Part shown: positions 52,605-64,000 of the stretch, in pieces | Layout of the letters: every line of letters begins with the position of its first letter | Numbering within the stretch: position 1 is the first letter of the stretch | NCBI GenBank assembly: GCA_013265495.1 | Contig: MU058636.1 | Location: forward strand, 10,205,066 to 10,269,065 | Direction: 5' to 3' | DNA length: 64,000 bases | DNA from: Vicugna vicugna | Lineage: Eukaryota | Notes under the pieces: generated by a model | Database searches by the model: none | The model's input: only the letters and a program-made list of their open reading frames with translations | Told to the model about the DNA's origin: nothing | Translations under genes and position numbers: made by a program

Positions 52605-53090
52605 TGTGGCAGACTGTATTTCCCAAAGATGGCCACATCGTTATGTTCCATCCTTACAATGTGATGTTGACACTTCCCCATCAAGAGATGGGGTCTATGT
52701 TCTATTTCCTTGAACCTGAGCAATACAGATTCCACCTGGTTCTCTTTCTCTTAGGATGTACACATTGGAAACATGAGCTGCCATATAAGAAGTTTAGCCT
52801 TCCAAAGCTGCAGTGATGGAGAGACAGCACAGAGAGACCACATGGAGAGGGTGCTGCCCAAGGAGCCCCAGCTGTTCTAGCCTTCAACTGTTTGAGTCCT
52901 GCTAGCCCAGGTATCAGAATGTGAATGAGTGAGCTTCCAGATGATTCCAGCCCTGTCTTCAAACTGCCCCAATGAACACAGTGTCGAACATAAATGAGCA
53001 ACCCCTGCCCAGACTGAAGATGTGTTGTTGTTTTTAAACCAGCAAGTTTTCTTTATGGAGCTTCCTGGTACAGAATGTGTTACTGTGGTG
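52605..53090 (+). mobile_element. MaLR solo LTR, MLT1H-like
   Basis: tgtggcagactgtatttcccaaagatggcc...aagagatggggtctatgttc...gcttccagatgattccagccc. Confidence 0.8.
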
Positions 53091-53299
53091 CCCACCCTCG
53101 TTACAATTAGGCAGAAGCTGCTCTTCAGGGCAGGGACAGAACAAAGAGAAGGTTAAGCTAACTCCTCGGAAATGCCTTCTGGGGGGCAACCGAGGAACCA
53201 GACTTCTCCCTCCCTAGATGCCTCCAACTGGAGGTGCCTTCTGCCCATGAAATGGAAATGTCCAAATAGCACGCATCATCTTTTCCATTTCTTTTAAAA

Positions 53300-53660
53300 G
53301 CAAAACCATCCATAGGTGAATTTTAGAAACATAGGGTTGAATTAAAAACATAAGAGAGAGAAAGAGTATATACAGTAAGATATCTCTTTTATAAAGCTCA
53401 AAACCAACAAAACAAAATAACATTTTAGGCTAACAGATATGGTAGAATTATAAGAAAAAGGCAAGAAAATGGTGAAACACAAAATTAAGGGTAGGGCCAG
53501 GGATGAGTTCAGGCAAACAGGTATGATTATAAGTGAGCAAGTGGTAAGTGGCTGGCTGAAGGGCACTTCTTTGACTATTATGCCTTACAACTTACATATA
53601 CATTACCTATATTCCTTTGTGTATAATATACTGCATTAAAAAATTAAAAAATAAATGTTA
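53300..53660 (+). mobile_element. L1ME-like 3' fragment
   Basis: tatacagtaagatatctcttttataaagctcaaaaccaacaaaac...attatgccttacaacttacatatac. Confidence 0.65.
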
Positions 53661-53719
53661 GGTTAACAAATGTTTCCAACTTAAAAAAGCAAATCACCTG
53701 GCATCATCCAATGAGTTGC

Positions 53720-54460
53720 CCAGTCCTGCCCTCACTACATATTCTGTCTCATCTTTATTTATCCATTTTCTTGCCCCATTTACATGGATTCTGTCCAGTT
53801 TTTAGGACTAGTTGCCTCTCCCCAGGACCCTTGCTGTGTCCTCATAACTGGCATTCTGTCCGTGTCTCCCTCCCATCAAACCCTCTGTGGTCCAGTGAGC
53901 CTTCTTGAAGCATAACTAACCCTGCCTTTCATAACTCAATAGCCCTCAGTGACTCCTCATGGCCCTTGCTTTAAAATCTAAAGCCTGATTTTCTTAGCCT
54001 GGCATCCAAGGCCCACACAATCCAGTCGCTTCATGCTCTTTCAGCTCCAGCCTAACCATGCCATTTGCTGTTCATGCCTTAGACTTTCCACCTCAGTGCC
54101 TTCATCCTGTGGTCCCTTTGCCTCTCTGCTACTTCTCCGCATTTCTATCCTTGAAACCCCAGTTCAGATACCTCCACTGCCATGAGGCCTTTCCCGATCC
54201 ACCTCTGGGACAGTCACGTGCACAAGCGTTCCCACCTCTCAACTCGGGTAGGACCCTCAGCGTTAGGGGGTGGGACAGTCACCACTTTCAGAGTCTCAGG
54301 ATGGGAATGTTAGGCCTGCTTACCTCCCCTGTGAGACCACAGGTTCTTTTAGGGCAGGAGGGGGTCATACCTGATTCATTTTCTTTTTTTTGTCCTCATA
54401 ATTCTTTACACATATCAAATATTCAATATTTTTAGAGTGAATGTATCACAAAAGGAATGA
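53720..54460 (+). mobile_element. L2 fragment
   Basis: gccctcagtgactcctcatggccc..., cttagcctggcatccaaggccc, ccttgaaaccccagttcagatacctcc...gaggcctttcccg, caggttctttagggcagg. Confidence 0.7.
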
Positions 54461-54734
54461 ATTCCACATCAAGATCTATCCTCGGCGAAATTGCAAAGAG
54501 AAGAAAACTTGTCCTTGGTGTCCCCAGCTGCCCTTCCCTGCAAGGAGCTTACGGCCTCCCCATCCAGCTACCCAGTAACTTCACACCTATGCCCAAACAG
54601 GATCTGTTTTTGGAAAAAGACCTGATCAACTCATTCACACTACCGTATAAACGAGAGACGGCTTCTGATGTAACTGCTCTTTTACTGAGAAGTTCTTGTT
54701 TTGTTAGCAGAAGACAAAGTCAAAGAATATGTCT

Positions 54735-55183
54735 ATACTGGGTTGATAGTATCCCCTGAAAATCCAAGTTCCCCCCAACCCAGAACCTCAAATTGTGACC
54801 TTATTAGATTATAAGGTCTTTGCGGATATAATTGTTATACTAAGATGAGGTAACACTGGAGTAAGGTGGGCCCTAAATCTAACCACTGCTGTCCTTACTA
54901 GAACCCCATGAAAAACAGAAACAGTAGGAAGTCGGCCACTTGAAGAAGCAGAAATTGGAGTGATGTCACTACAAAATGAGGAACACCAAAGACTGCAAGA
55001 AGCCACTGGAAGCTAGGAAGAGACAAGGAAGGATTCCTTCCTAAGAGCCTCCAGAGGGATCGTGGCTGTGCTGACACCTTGATTTCAGACTTCTGGACTC
55101 CAGCACTGACAGAATACATTTCTGCTGCGTTATGCCCCGAAGGTTGTGTAGGTACTTGGTTAGGGCAGCCCAGGAAACTATCT
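54735..55183 (+). mobile_element. MLT1C-like solo LTR
   Basis: gaacctcaaattgtgaccttatt...gtgggccctaaatc...gaagctaggaagagacaaggaaggattc...gctgacaccttgatttcagacttctgg...gcagcccaggaaacta. Confidence 0.9.
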
Positions 55184-56577
55184 GAAATGCTGGATTATCA
55201 GGCACCACCGAACTCATGAGAGAGATGTATTGGGAGAAGATTCTCAGTGCCCGGGAGACACCAGCCCCACCTCTTCTACCTGTCCCAACCACGGGGCTTG
55301 GCAGGGAAGGGGAAGGGGCAGGACTGAGATGTGGGTGAGCGCCTGATCATCTCTACAGACACTATGCTAACCTGGGGAACCGATGGACACCCACCTCTTT
55401 TCGCACTGGGTTTGTTCAGCTGCCTGCTGGTGGGCTGAGACCAAAAGTCAGGATCAGGACTATGACTACATGAACTAACGCAGTGGCTAGGAAGCTCTTG
55501 GTGTCACTGACCTTGAGAACATGTTATGATCTAGGGACTCTATATCCCAGAAATTCATGCACTCCTCCCCTCAAATCTGTATAAAGTTTCAGAAGTTTCA
55601 CAGGTCCCCCAAAGCCTCTCCATGGGGTAAGAACTTTTGATCATCTGATACAACAATGATGTCACAAAACTGAAGCTTCCAGAAGATGGACGCTTCCGAC
55701 CATGGTGAGTAGTCTTATTTCTGTACGTGGGCACTACGTACAAGGGAGGAGGACACCAAGTCCTTGGCATTAGACAGACCTTGAGTCAAATCCCCGCACT
55801 CCCTTTCACTAATAAATTCACTTAAACTCTCTCAGCATCAGTTGTCTTGTCTGAAAATTGTGGAGAGCAATGCCTACCTCCCACAGTCATGTGGGGATAA
55901 AACAGAAGTAACGTCCCTCAGAGACTCCCAACATAGCCCGGCCGTCCTCTCCATAGGGCTTCTCCCCCTTGTAACCGTTCAAATAAGCAGTGCTCAGTGG
56001 CTGTCGCCCCCAGGGGATTACAACCTTCGGAGAGCTTCATTCAGAACTGTATCCCCAGGGACTCGACAGTCGTTTAGCTCAGCACGGCACCTGGCTCATG
56101 GTATAGGCTTGATAAACGACAGCACTTATTAATATCCAGCTCAACCTGATAACAACAGGGAAGCAGTGCAAGTCAGCAACAGGCTATCTGCCGAGACCTT
56201 TGACATCAGAGACATAATGAGAAATGAGTGGACTCCTCGGAAAAGGAGTAAGTATTGTGTTCTCTGTCGCTGTCCCGAAGCAGAGAAGCAGGGGATTCAG
56301 AGACTCCAAGTCTACCACCCCCACAGACCACCAGGAAATGAGCTTCTGCCCTCAGTTTTGGTCTACACGGCAGCTCTTGAACCTCAGCCTGATCTGTGAG
56401 TCCAGATAAACAAGACACGGACTGCTGAGTGGGAGGCGGCACCGTCTATGGTAAGAGGCCTAGCCCTTTTCCAACTAGGTGTTACTTTTGATTTCCTTCA
56501 AGTACGATCAAGGTGGGTGAAGTGGGGCTGCTGGAAGGCTGTGAGGTGTGAGCTGGCTGAGTCAGTGTTGGCCAGAG

Positions 56578-56602
56578 TCCCCCTGGGAAATTCCCAGGGG
56601 GA
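56578..56602. promoter_or_regulatory. 25-bp perfect palindrome containing an NF-kB site
   Basis: tccccctgggaa-a-ttcccaggggga; core GGGAAATTCCC at 56585-56595. Function untested. Confidence 0.5.
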
Positions 56603-57889
56603 GGGAAGCAGGTGGCAGTTGTCAGCTAGGAAATTAACCCGGCATGACTTCAATGGGGAGATTATAATCTGGGTCTAATTAATGGATAGAACGCTGGGGG
56701 GGAAAGTGAGATCTGTTTGGAGTGAAGTCCTTCACCTTGACCCTCTCTGTCTCCAAATATTACTTCCCACCTCTCTAGCTCACAGGAATGTCATCAGTAT
56801 AAATAAAACGAAATGACAAATACATGTTTTTAAAAACTGATAAAGTACGTATGAAGTCGATTAATGAAATATAAAAGAACTGGGTGGATTTTCATGTTGT
56901 GCTACTTTTAAAAACAAAAAAGTAAGAAAAATAACTTTCTTACAATAAAGATTAAAAAATCCTTATGTATGGTATTATGAATATGATTAATATTAGACTC
57001 TAATGTGCACCAAGGAAAAGGTTCCCTCATTCTAGGAGATGGAGCCCCAGCCAAGGAGCCAGGGTCCTTGGGTAATTCCTATTTGATCAGCCATCCAAAG
57101 GAGCAAAAATATACAAGGCTAACTCACAATTTAAAAATCTTAGAGACATTTTAAGCTTCCTCCCATATCCTCATGTTTTAAATAAACAGGTATTTCAAAT
57201 TCTTAACCCAAGTCCTAAAGACAGACCAGTAAATAAACTTGCATGAAAGGATGAAAGGGTAGAAGTTCGGGGTGATGGGGAACCCCATGAAAGAAATCCA
57301 GCTATAAGGGCTCGTTCCCCCAGCCAAAGATAAACCCCCAGGGACAAGTTCTCCCACAACATGGGTCTGGTCTTTTGTTCGAGTGACTCCTGTGACTCAA
57401 GACAAATGACTATTTCCCAGGGCAGGAGAAGAACAGCTTTTATTAATAATGATTTTCATTTTATCATCTGTGCCTCAGATACCTTCCATGCGTTATTTCT
57501 GACCCTCAAAACAGTCTCAGCTTATAAACGAGATTAAGTGGGCACAAATGATGTATCAGATCACTATATTTATATTTATTATGCTTATGAAAGCTCATTA
57601 AACTTACGGAAAGTGGCCCAGGGCTTGAACCCAGGTCTGCTTGCCCTTTCAGTTCACCCTTCCTCTGGCCACATTTGAGGTCGTTCACAGCGAAACCCAG
57701 AGTGGGTGGCACTGCTCGCCTTGGAGGGTGAGCATCACCAGATGGGGTCCAGCCGGGCATTTGTGCAGGCTGGGCTATGCCTTTTCTCTAAACTGGGACA
57801 CACAGTGCCAGAAACCCAAGACTGAACTGGACAACCCCTTATTTTAGCTTCTATCCAGCAAAATGAAAATTTAAAAACCAGACATGAAA

Positions 57890-58230
57890 AAAATATTTTT
57901 TAACGTTTTATTATGGAAAATTTCTAACACACACAAAAGCTGAGAAAGTAGTCAAAATTAACCCCCCAGGAACCATGACCCAGCTCCAACTACTATCAAC
58001 ATTTTGCCATTCTTGTTTCAACTATTCCTCTTATTTTCTGGAGTATTTTAAGCCAATCCCAGACTTCATGTAATTTTACTTGTAAGTTTCAGTATTGATT
58101 CTCATCCATAAAGACTTAAATTTAACATGACGACACATCCATTATTGCTCCTAAGAAAAGTAGTAATAATCACTCAATATTATTTCTTAATGTATTCAAC
58201 TTTCCCCAATTGTCTCTTGCTGTTGGTAAG
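57890..58230 (-). mobile_element. L1MC4/5-like 3' end
   Basis: ttttattatggaaaatttc...acacaaaag...cccagctccaactactatcaacattttgccattcttgtttca...ctggagtattttaa. Confidence 0.75.
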
Positions 58231-58879
58231 TTAGTTTACTAAATTCAGTCCACATCTTACAAAAGCTAGTTCTTTCAGTCTTATACAATTTCTTTTGGGG
58301 GAAAAATATTTCATAAACAAGGGAACACTACTGCTGGGTGGTCAAAGACATTCCTTTCACAATGAACTCAGGAAGGCAGAACCACTCAAGCAAAGCAAAC
58401 TACATTATCTGAGTAGTGTTCTTCATGTTGGTTGAAATTATTTCAATGTTATGAATAGGTTCCTGTCACTGCTGTGGGCACAGAGTGGATTTTTATTGTA
58501 ATGAACAATGCGTGGACCAATGAGGGAAACAGGATGTGTGTGGAACGAGTGAGAAGTAAAGTCTGTGATCCCCTGAATAATCCATGTGGTTGTCCCGAAG
58601 TAAAAGAACTGTGTCTTGAAAATAAATAAATAAATGCAGCGCTAACAGTCGCTGCAAACTATCCATTGAAATAGGCAAATACTTTTTAAACTTTAGAATA
58701 AATTTTACACTCTCCCTCCTTTAGAATATAAGGCCTAAGCACTGAAGTCATGTTTGTGTTTTATAATTCACACAAGAGAAAATGAGGAACAGATAAACAA
58801 TCTCAGTACTCCTTCTGGGCCTTAGTTTTTTAGTGTCAGAATTGTGGTGTCTAGGAAGCGGGTGATGATCTTTAAAGGG

Positions 58880-59286
58880 CTCTTCCAGTTGACCAGCTGG
58901 AGTGTATATTCCCTTCAACACTGGGACACTCATTCCCTAGGCTGCCTGGAGTCTTGGCTGCTGGTGGCTTAGAGATGAGTCCTCCCTAGGAATTACTTTT
59001 GGCCCAAGTTCACATCCCTTTTTTAAAGGCAACTCATGACCATTGAGTAGTTGATGTGGAAGGTATTAAGGCTCAGGCCTTAAGCCTCAGTTGAGAAAAC
59101 TCTAAAGGGCCATCCTCTTATAGGATGGCCGAGAGCTCTGCTGCAACTGCATCATCTTCTAGCATCTCCTTCTGCCCAGTCCTGCTCCTCTACCCATAAC
59201 AGGTGATGTCTGCAAGAGCACTCCCCAATAAACGTCCCACAAGCCTGAGCTTCAGGGTCTGTGTCCTGGGAACTGACCTACGAGAG
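58880..59286 (+). mobile_element. ERVL solo LTR, LTR16A-like
   Basis: actctaaagggccatcct...gcaactgcatc...ccttctgcccagtcctgct...gagcactccccaataaac...gggtctgtgtcctgggaactgacctacgaga. Confidence 0.8.
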
Positions 59287-59604
59287 CATCTTTGGTTCCA
59301 TGATCTGTAGGTCATCAGCTGGGACCTAGTACACGTCCCTGACTCGCAAACACCAACATTCACAGCTCAAGTACAACAGGATGGCAGCCAGAAAGGAGGT
59401 GGCTCCATTTTGAAAACAAGAGTTCCAAGGACAATAAAGCTGAGAAAACCACACTGAGACCTAGCTGACTGCCCAGATTCCTTGAGGCTCAGACTCTTCA
59501 CATAATCATATGCAGTTACAACTGTCACCCTCAACTGTGAACCCAGCAAGAGTTGCTAACAAAGCTACCCAGCAGTGACAAAGGCAACAATATTTCTACA
59601 TAAT

Positions 59605-59960
59605 AACACAGCAGCCAGAATGAGCCTTTTAAAGCAAAGATCAGGTCATGTCACCCTCAAGCTTAAAACTCCAGTGGAGAGCCATTCTTCCCATCTCACT
59701 GAGATTATAATCCCAATTTCCTGCCTTAGCCTCCAAGATCTAACACGATGCTGATTGCCTCTCCCTTATTCACTCTGCAACAACGAACACTGGCCTTCTC
59801 GCTATTTGCAGAACATTCCAAGACCACTTCTACCTCAAAGCCTTTGCTGTTGCGGTTCCTTCCGAAGTGCTCTCCCCCTGGATAGCTAAGTGGTTCAACC
59901 ATCCCTTCCTGTGGGTCTCTTGCCAAAAGTCACATTATTAAGGAGGCCTTCCTGCCTTTT
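59605..59960 (+). mobile_element. L2 fragment
   Basis: gcagccagaatgagccttttaaa...atcaggtcatgtcacc...acactggccttctcgctatt...cctcaaagcctttgc. Confidence 0.8.
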
Positions 59961-59964
59961 CCAT

Positions 59965-60680
59965 TGGAGGGTCTTCAAAGTAGGGTCAATGCCCTCAGAT
60001 GCACAAAATCTTTCCAAGGGGTATCTAGGCACTTACATAGTTTTAAGGGAGATACTTTTCAGAGCTTCAAGTTCTTCCTTCACCCTTTCCTAAACTGTTT
60101 GACTTAAGTATGACTCAGGGTCAAATATCTTACAAGTTCCCTCTTCTTACCTCCTCTTTCATAACAGATCCTTCTCCCACTTTACAAAAGCATTATTTAC
60201 CTCTTCCTCATCCCAAATCTTATAATGATGCATTCATGGTCCATGCAAAACCTCCAGGTTGCCAGGCAAAGGTTTATTTGAAATGTTGAGGTTGTGTTTG
60301 AGAAAGTGCATGACACTAATGAGTAAATAAAACACCTTCTTGCACTTAAAGTAGTTTCCAAGTCATTGGTTTTGACAAAATGGAAGGAGTTCCTAATAGA
60401 CGATCACTACAGATATCTAAAAATAATTTTGGATGAAAGATCCCCATGGGATTTTTGACATTTAACTCAGAAAGAGTTCACAGAATTGAGTGACATTGCT
60501 CTAACAGACTCTTTCCACTCACCTTCTTATGTATGCAGACAAGATTTCTTAGCACTTAGATCCATAAAAATCAAAAATAGTAACAGAACTGACATCGAAT
60601 CTTTTATCATTCAGGCAATGTCACATTCAGCCATGGTTATTTGACTTAAAGTTATATTCTTTATATTAGTAATGATAAAA
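59965..60680 (+). mobile_element. Charlie4-like hAT DNA transposon remnant
   Basis: gggtcttcaaagtaggg start; decayed transposase C-terminus (cagaaagagttcacagaattgagtgacattgct...caagatttcttagcactta...taaaaatcaaaaatagtaacagaactgac). Confidence 0.7.
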
Positions 60681-60699
60681 TTTAGAAGTTCATTTAAAA

Positions 60700-62662
60700 A
60701 TGGTAAGAATCAACACTACTGACCCCATAGACATTAAAAGGAGTAAAGGAATATTATATAAAATTCTATGCCCACAAATGTGATCACTTAGATGAAAAGG
60801 ACTAATTGCTTGAAACACACAACCTAACAAAACTCACACAAGGAGAAATAGATAATTTGAATAGGCCTATATGTATAAAAGAAATTGAGTAAATAATCAG
60901 TAATCTTCCTAAAAAAGAAAGTACCAGCACAAATGGTTTTACTGGTGAATGCTCCCAAACATTTGTGCAAGAAGTTGTATCAGTTTTCCGCAATCTCTTC
61001 CAGAAAATGGAAGGAGAGGGAATACTACCTAACTCATTCTGTGAGGCCACGATTACCCTAATACCAAAACCAGATAAAGACATTACAAGAAAAGAAAACT
61101 ACAGAGCAATTCCTCTCGTGAACATAGTCGTGAAAGTCCCAACAAAGTTTAGCAAAACAAACCCAACAATCTTTTTCTTTTTGAAAAAGAACAAAATTGA
61201 AGACTTAACATCTCCTGATTTCAATTTCAATACTTACTACAGAAAGTTATAGTTGCTAAGTGTGGCTGTAGTGCAAACAGTGTGGTACATTGTAAAGACA
61301 GGCATATAGATAAATGAATGAGAACAAAGAGTCAAGGAATAAATCCTTATTCTTATGGTCCACTGACTTTCAACAAAAATACCAAGGTGATTCAACGGGG
61401 AAAAGATAGTCTTTTCAACAAATGGTACTGGGACAACTCGATACTGACATATAAAAAAATTAATTTAGAGCCTCATCTCACACCACATACAAAAATTAAC
61501 TCAAAAATGGATGTAAGACCTAAATATAAGTGCTAAAGCTGCAAAACTTCTGGAAGAAAATATTTTAAAAATCTACATGACCCTGAGGTGGGCAAAGACT
61601 TATAAATCATATCAAAAAGTATGACCCATCAAAGAATTATGAAATTTGACTTTATCAAAATTAAAACCTTTTGTACTTCAAAAGACATCATTAAGAAAAT
61701 GAAAACACAAGTGCCAATCTGGGGGAAAATACTTGCAAGTCATATATCTGACAAAGGATTTGCATCCAGAATATATAAAGAATTTATTCAACTCAATAAG
61801 AAGACAAAAACACAATTTCTAAAATTAGGCAAACGATTTAAATAGACATTTCACCAAAGAAAATATGCAAATGGCCAATAAGAACTTGAAAAGATGTTCA
61901 ACATTAGAGAAATGCAAATTAAAGCCAAAATAAGAAAGCACTTTACACCCACTAAAATGGTTAAAATCAGAAAGATAGGCTGGGAACAGGGTGTTGGCAA
62001 GGATGTGGAGAACCTGCATACATTGCTGGTGGGAGTGTGAAATGGTACAACCATCTTGGAAAACAGTTTGAGTTTCTTAAAATGATTTCTTTAAAAGTTA
62101 AATATAAACTTACCAAATGACCTAGCAATTCCACACCTAGGTATCTTCCCAAGAGAAATTAAAACATATGTTTGTATAAAGACTTGGAGGAGAATATTCA
62201 GAGCAATATTTTTCATGACAGCCAAAATCAGAAAACACTCCAAATGTCTATCAGCTGGCAAATGGATACACAAAATGTGTTATACTGTACAATGGAGTAT
62301 TATTCAGCAAGGAAAAGGAACAAACGACTGATAGATGCTACAACATGGCTGAACATCAAAAACCCTAAGCTAAGTGAAAGGAGCCAGATGCAAAAGACTA
62401 TCTGTTGATGATTCCATTTATGGGAAATATCCAGGTAAGAGAAATCCAGAGAGCCAGAAAGCAAAATCGTCTGCCTGGGACTGGGGATTGACTGCAAACT
62501 GTACAAGGAAGATTTGGGGGTTGAGAGAAATGTTCAAAATTGGATTCGGGTGATGGTTGTACAATTCTATAAATTTACTAAAACTTATTTAATTTGTACA
62601 CTTAAAATGGATGAATTTAGGATATGTAAATATACCTCAATAAAGCTGTTAAAAAAAAAGCA
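60700..62662 (+). mobile_element. L1M (L1MB/MC-like) ORF2 and 3' UTR with an internal deletion
   Basis: ORF-track remnants EGILPNSFCEATITLIPKPDKDITRKENYR, KDSLFNKWYWDN and DFIKIKTFCTSKD are L1 ORF2 motifs; ends tatacctcaataaagctgttaaaaaaaa. Confidence 0.95.
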
Positions 62663-62699
62663 AAAGCACTCCCTAAAACACAAAAGTAAAATAAAGCAA

Positions 62700-64000
62700 A
62701 TAAATCCAGATTTGTATGCTTCAGTGGAATAGCCACACAGAGAGATTACTGAGCATCAAGGGGAACCAGGACCACAATAAACTGAAACACTTCCAGTAAG
62801 TTTGAATCTCTGACTTTATAATGACACTAAAAAACAAAGCAAAACTCAATGGTTGCCTTTGGAGGATGCTGGGGAATCAACTTTCTATTTTGATAAATGA
62901 TAAATAAGGCAAAAGAATTAAGCATCTATCTTGCCTTTCATATTCAAATTCATCCATAGGAGACCAAATGGTTTAAGAGGACAAGTGTATCTTACAGAAG
63001 TAGTCCAGGTAATAAAGGTAGAAGGAAAATGAAATTAGAAAACCACCATTTTGCAAAATTTCAAAATTGTAGAATAGATAAACAAGATTACACTGTATAG
63101 CACAGGGAAATATACACAAAATGTTATGATAAATCACAGAGAAAAAAAAATGTGACAATGAGTGTGTATATGTCCATGAATGAGTGAAAAATTGTGCTGA
63201 ACACTGGAATTTGACACAACACTGTAAAATGATTATGAATCAATAAAAAATGTAAAAAAAAAAAGAAAATTAAAAAAAAAAAAGAAAACCACCATTTTGC
63301 AATCCTAATGAAATCATGGATTTAGGCAAAAATGATCGAAGGTTGCTAACATCAGAAAAAGAGAGAGAAATCACACATCATGACACCCCATTGGAAGCAC
63401 ACTACAAGATCCATGATGTAATCGTGCTAAGAAATTAATCAAACTTGAACCTGAATGGGTCTCTAACCCCAATTTACAGGAAATACAGGGGGAGAGAAAC
63501 ATGTTAAGTAACACCTCAGTGATGCACTTGACAAAATCTAGACTTTGGGAAATTCTAAAGGCAAAGACTTATTTCTTCACTTAAAAAAAAATGGGCATAG
63601 AGGGCAAACCTATATATTAAAAGAGACTTAAAAGACATCACCCAATCACAATGTAAGGGCCCTAATAAAATCGTGATGCAAACAAACCATTAAAAATGTG
63701 TAAGTGTTTTAAGACTGGGTTGTGGTAATGTTTGCACAACTGAATAAATTTACTAAAAGTCAAGCTGTGTATTTTCAATGGGTGAAGTTTACAGTTTGTA
63801 AATTATACCTCAATAAAACTGGAAAAAAAAAGTGTATCAGACTATCAGGGAAATATGTATGCCAATGGAGAATAAAGAATTATTGTTGATTTTTTAAGGC
63901 ATGATCATCATATTGTGGTTTTTAAAAAAGAGTCCTTATCATTTAAAGATTAATGGTGGAGTATTTGCAGATACAGATAATTCGAAGCATTTGAATTCAA
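62700..64000 (+). mobile_element. L1MC4/L1ME-like 3' UTR, interrupted by younger L1 ends
   Basis: cctttggaggatgctggggaatcaac...aaagaattaagcatctatcttgcctttc...caccattttgcaa...taatgaaatcatggatttaggc; a small L1M terminus is inserted at about 63715-63831. Confidence 0.75.
63057..63282 (+). mobile_element. Young, 5'-truncated camelid-type L1 3' end
   Basis: gaatagataaacaagattacactgtatagcacagggaaatatacac...aatcaataaaaaatgt plus an A-rich tail; perfect flanking 20-bp repeat agaaaaccaccattttgcaa. Confidence 0.93.

Noticed and set aside
56166..56253. Coding exon ending at a gtaagt donor (56248)
   Set aside because: No polypyrimidine acceptor and the translation is unrecognisable.
59108..59130. Hairpin ggccatcct-cttat-aggatggcc as an RNA element
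   Set aside because: Only a 9-bp stem, inside an LTR16-like repeat, and too short for a pre-miRNA.
60965..62408. Active L1 ORF2
   Set aside because: Fragmented by stops and frameshifts, and most of the RT domain is missing.
1..64000. CRISPR array, operon or other prokaryotic-type system
   Set aside because: No regularly spaced repeats or gene-dense ORFs; the repeat content is clearly mammalian.

Overview
Mammalian genomic DNA, intergenic or deep-intronic. Two tRNA-Ala-derived SINEs (27918-27995, 43891-44016) and a young L1 3' end (63057-63282) resemble camelid (Vic-1-type SINE / camelid L1) elements, so the source is probably alpaca, llama or camel (inference from remembered repeat sequences, not a search). 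I found no credible protein-coding exon, RNA gene or CRISPR array. The ORF-track entries are chance ORFs or decayed L1 ORF2 fragments. A large fraction of the window is transposon-derived: L1M, L2, MIR, MLT1/LTR16/ERV1 solo LTRs and hAT DNA transposons (MER5A, MER91A, MER53, MER81, Charlie4). Subfamily names are recognised by eye and coordinates of old elements are approximate. The most interesting observations are: (1) a tRNA-Ala SINE head followed by about 225 bp of terminator-free sequence, an A-tract and a probable target-site duplication, suggesting a Pol III read-through retrocopy or a longer SINE variant; (2) a recent L1 insertion with a perfect 20-bp TSD; (3) a nested TE stack containing an MLT1 with an internal micro-inversion and deletion; (4) candidate enhancers, including a 25-bp palindrome with an NF-kB core and a palindromic RFX X-box. 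I cannot support a new multi-gene biological system from this sequence.
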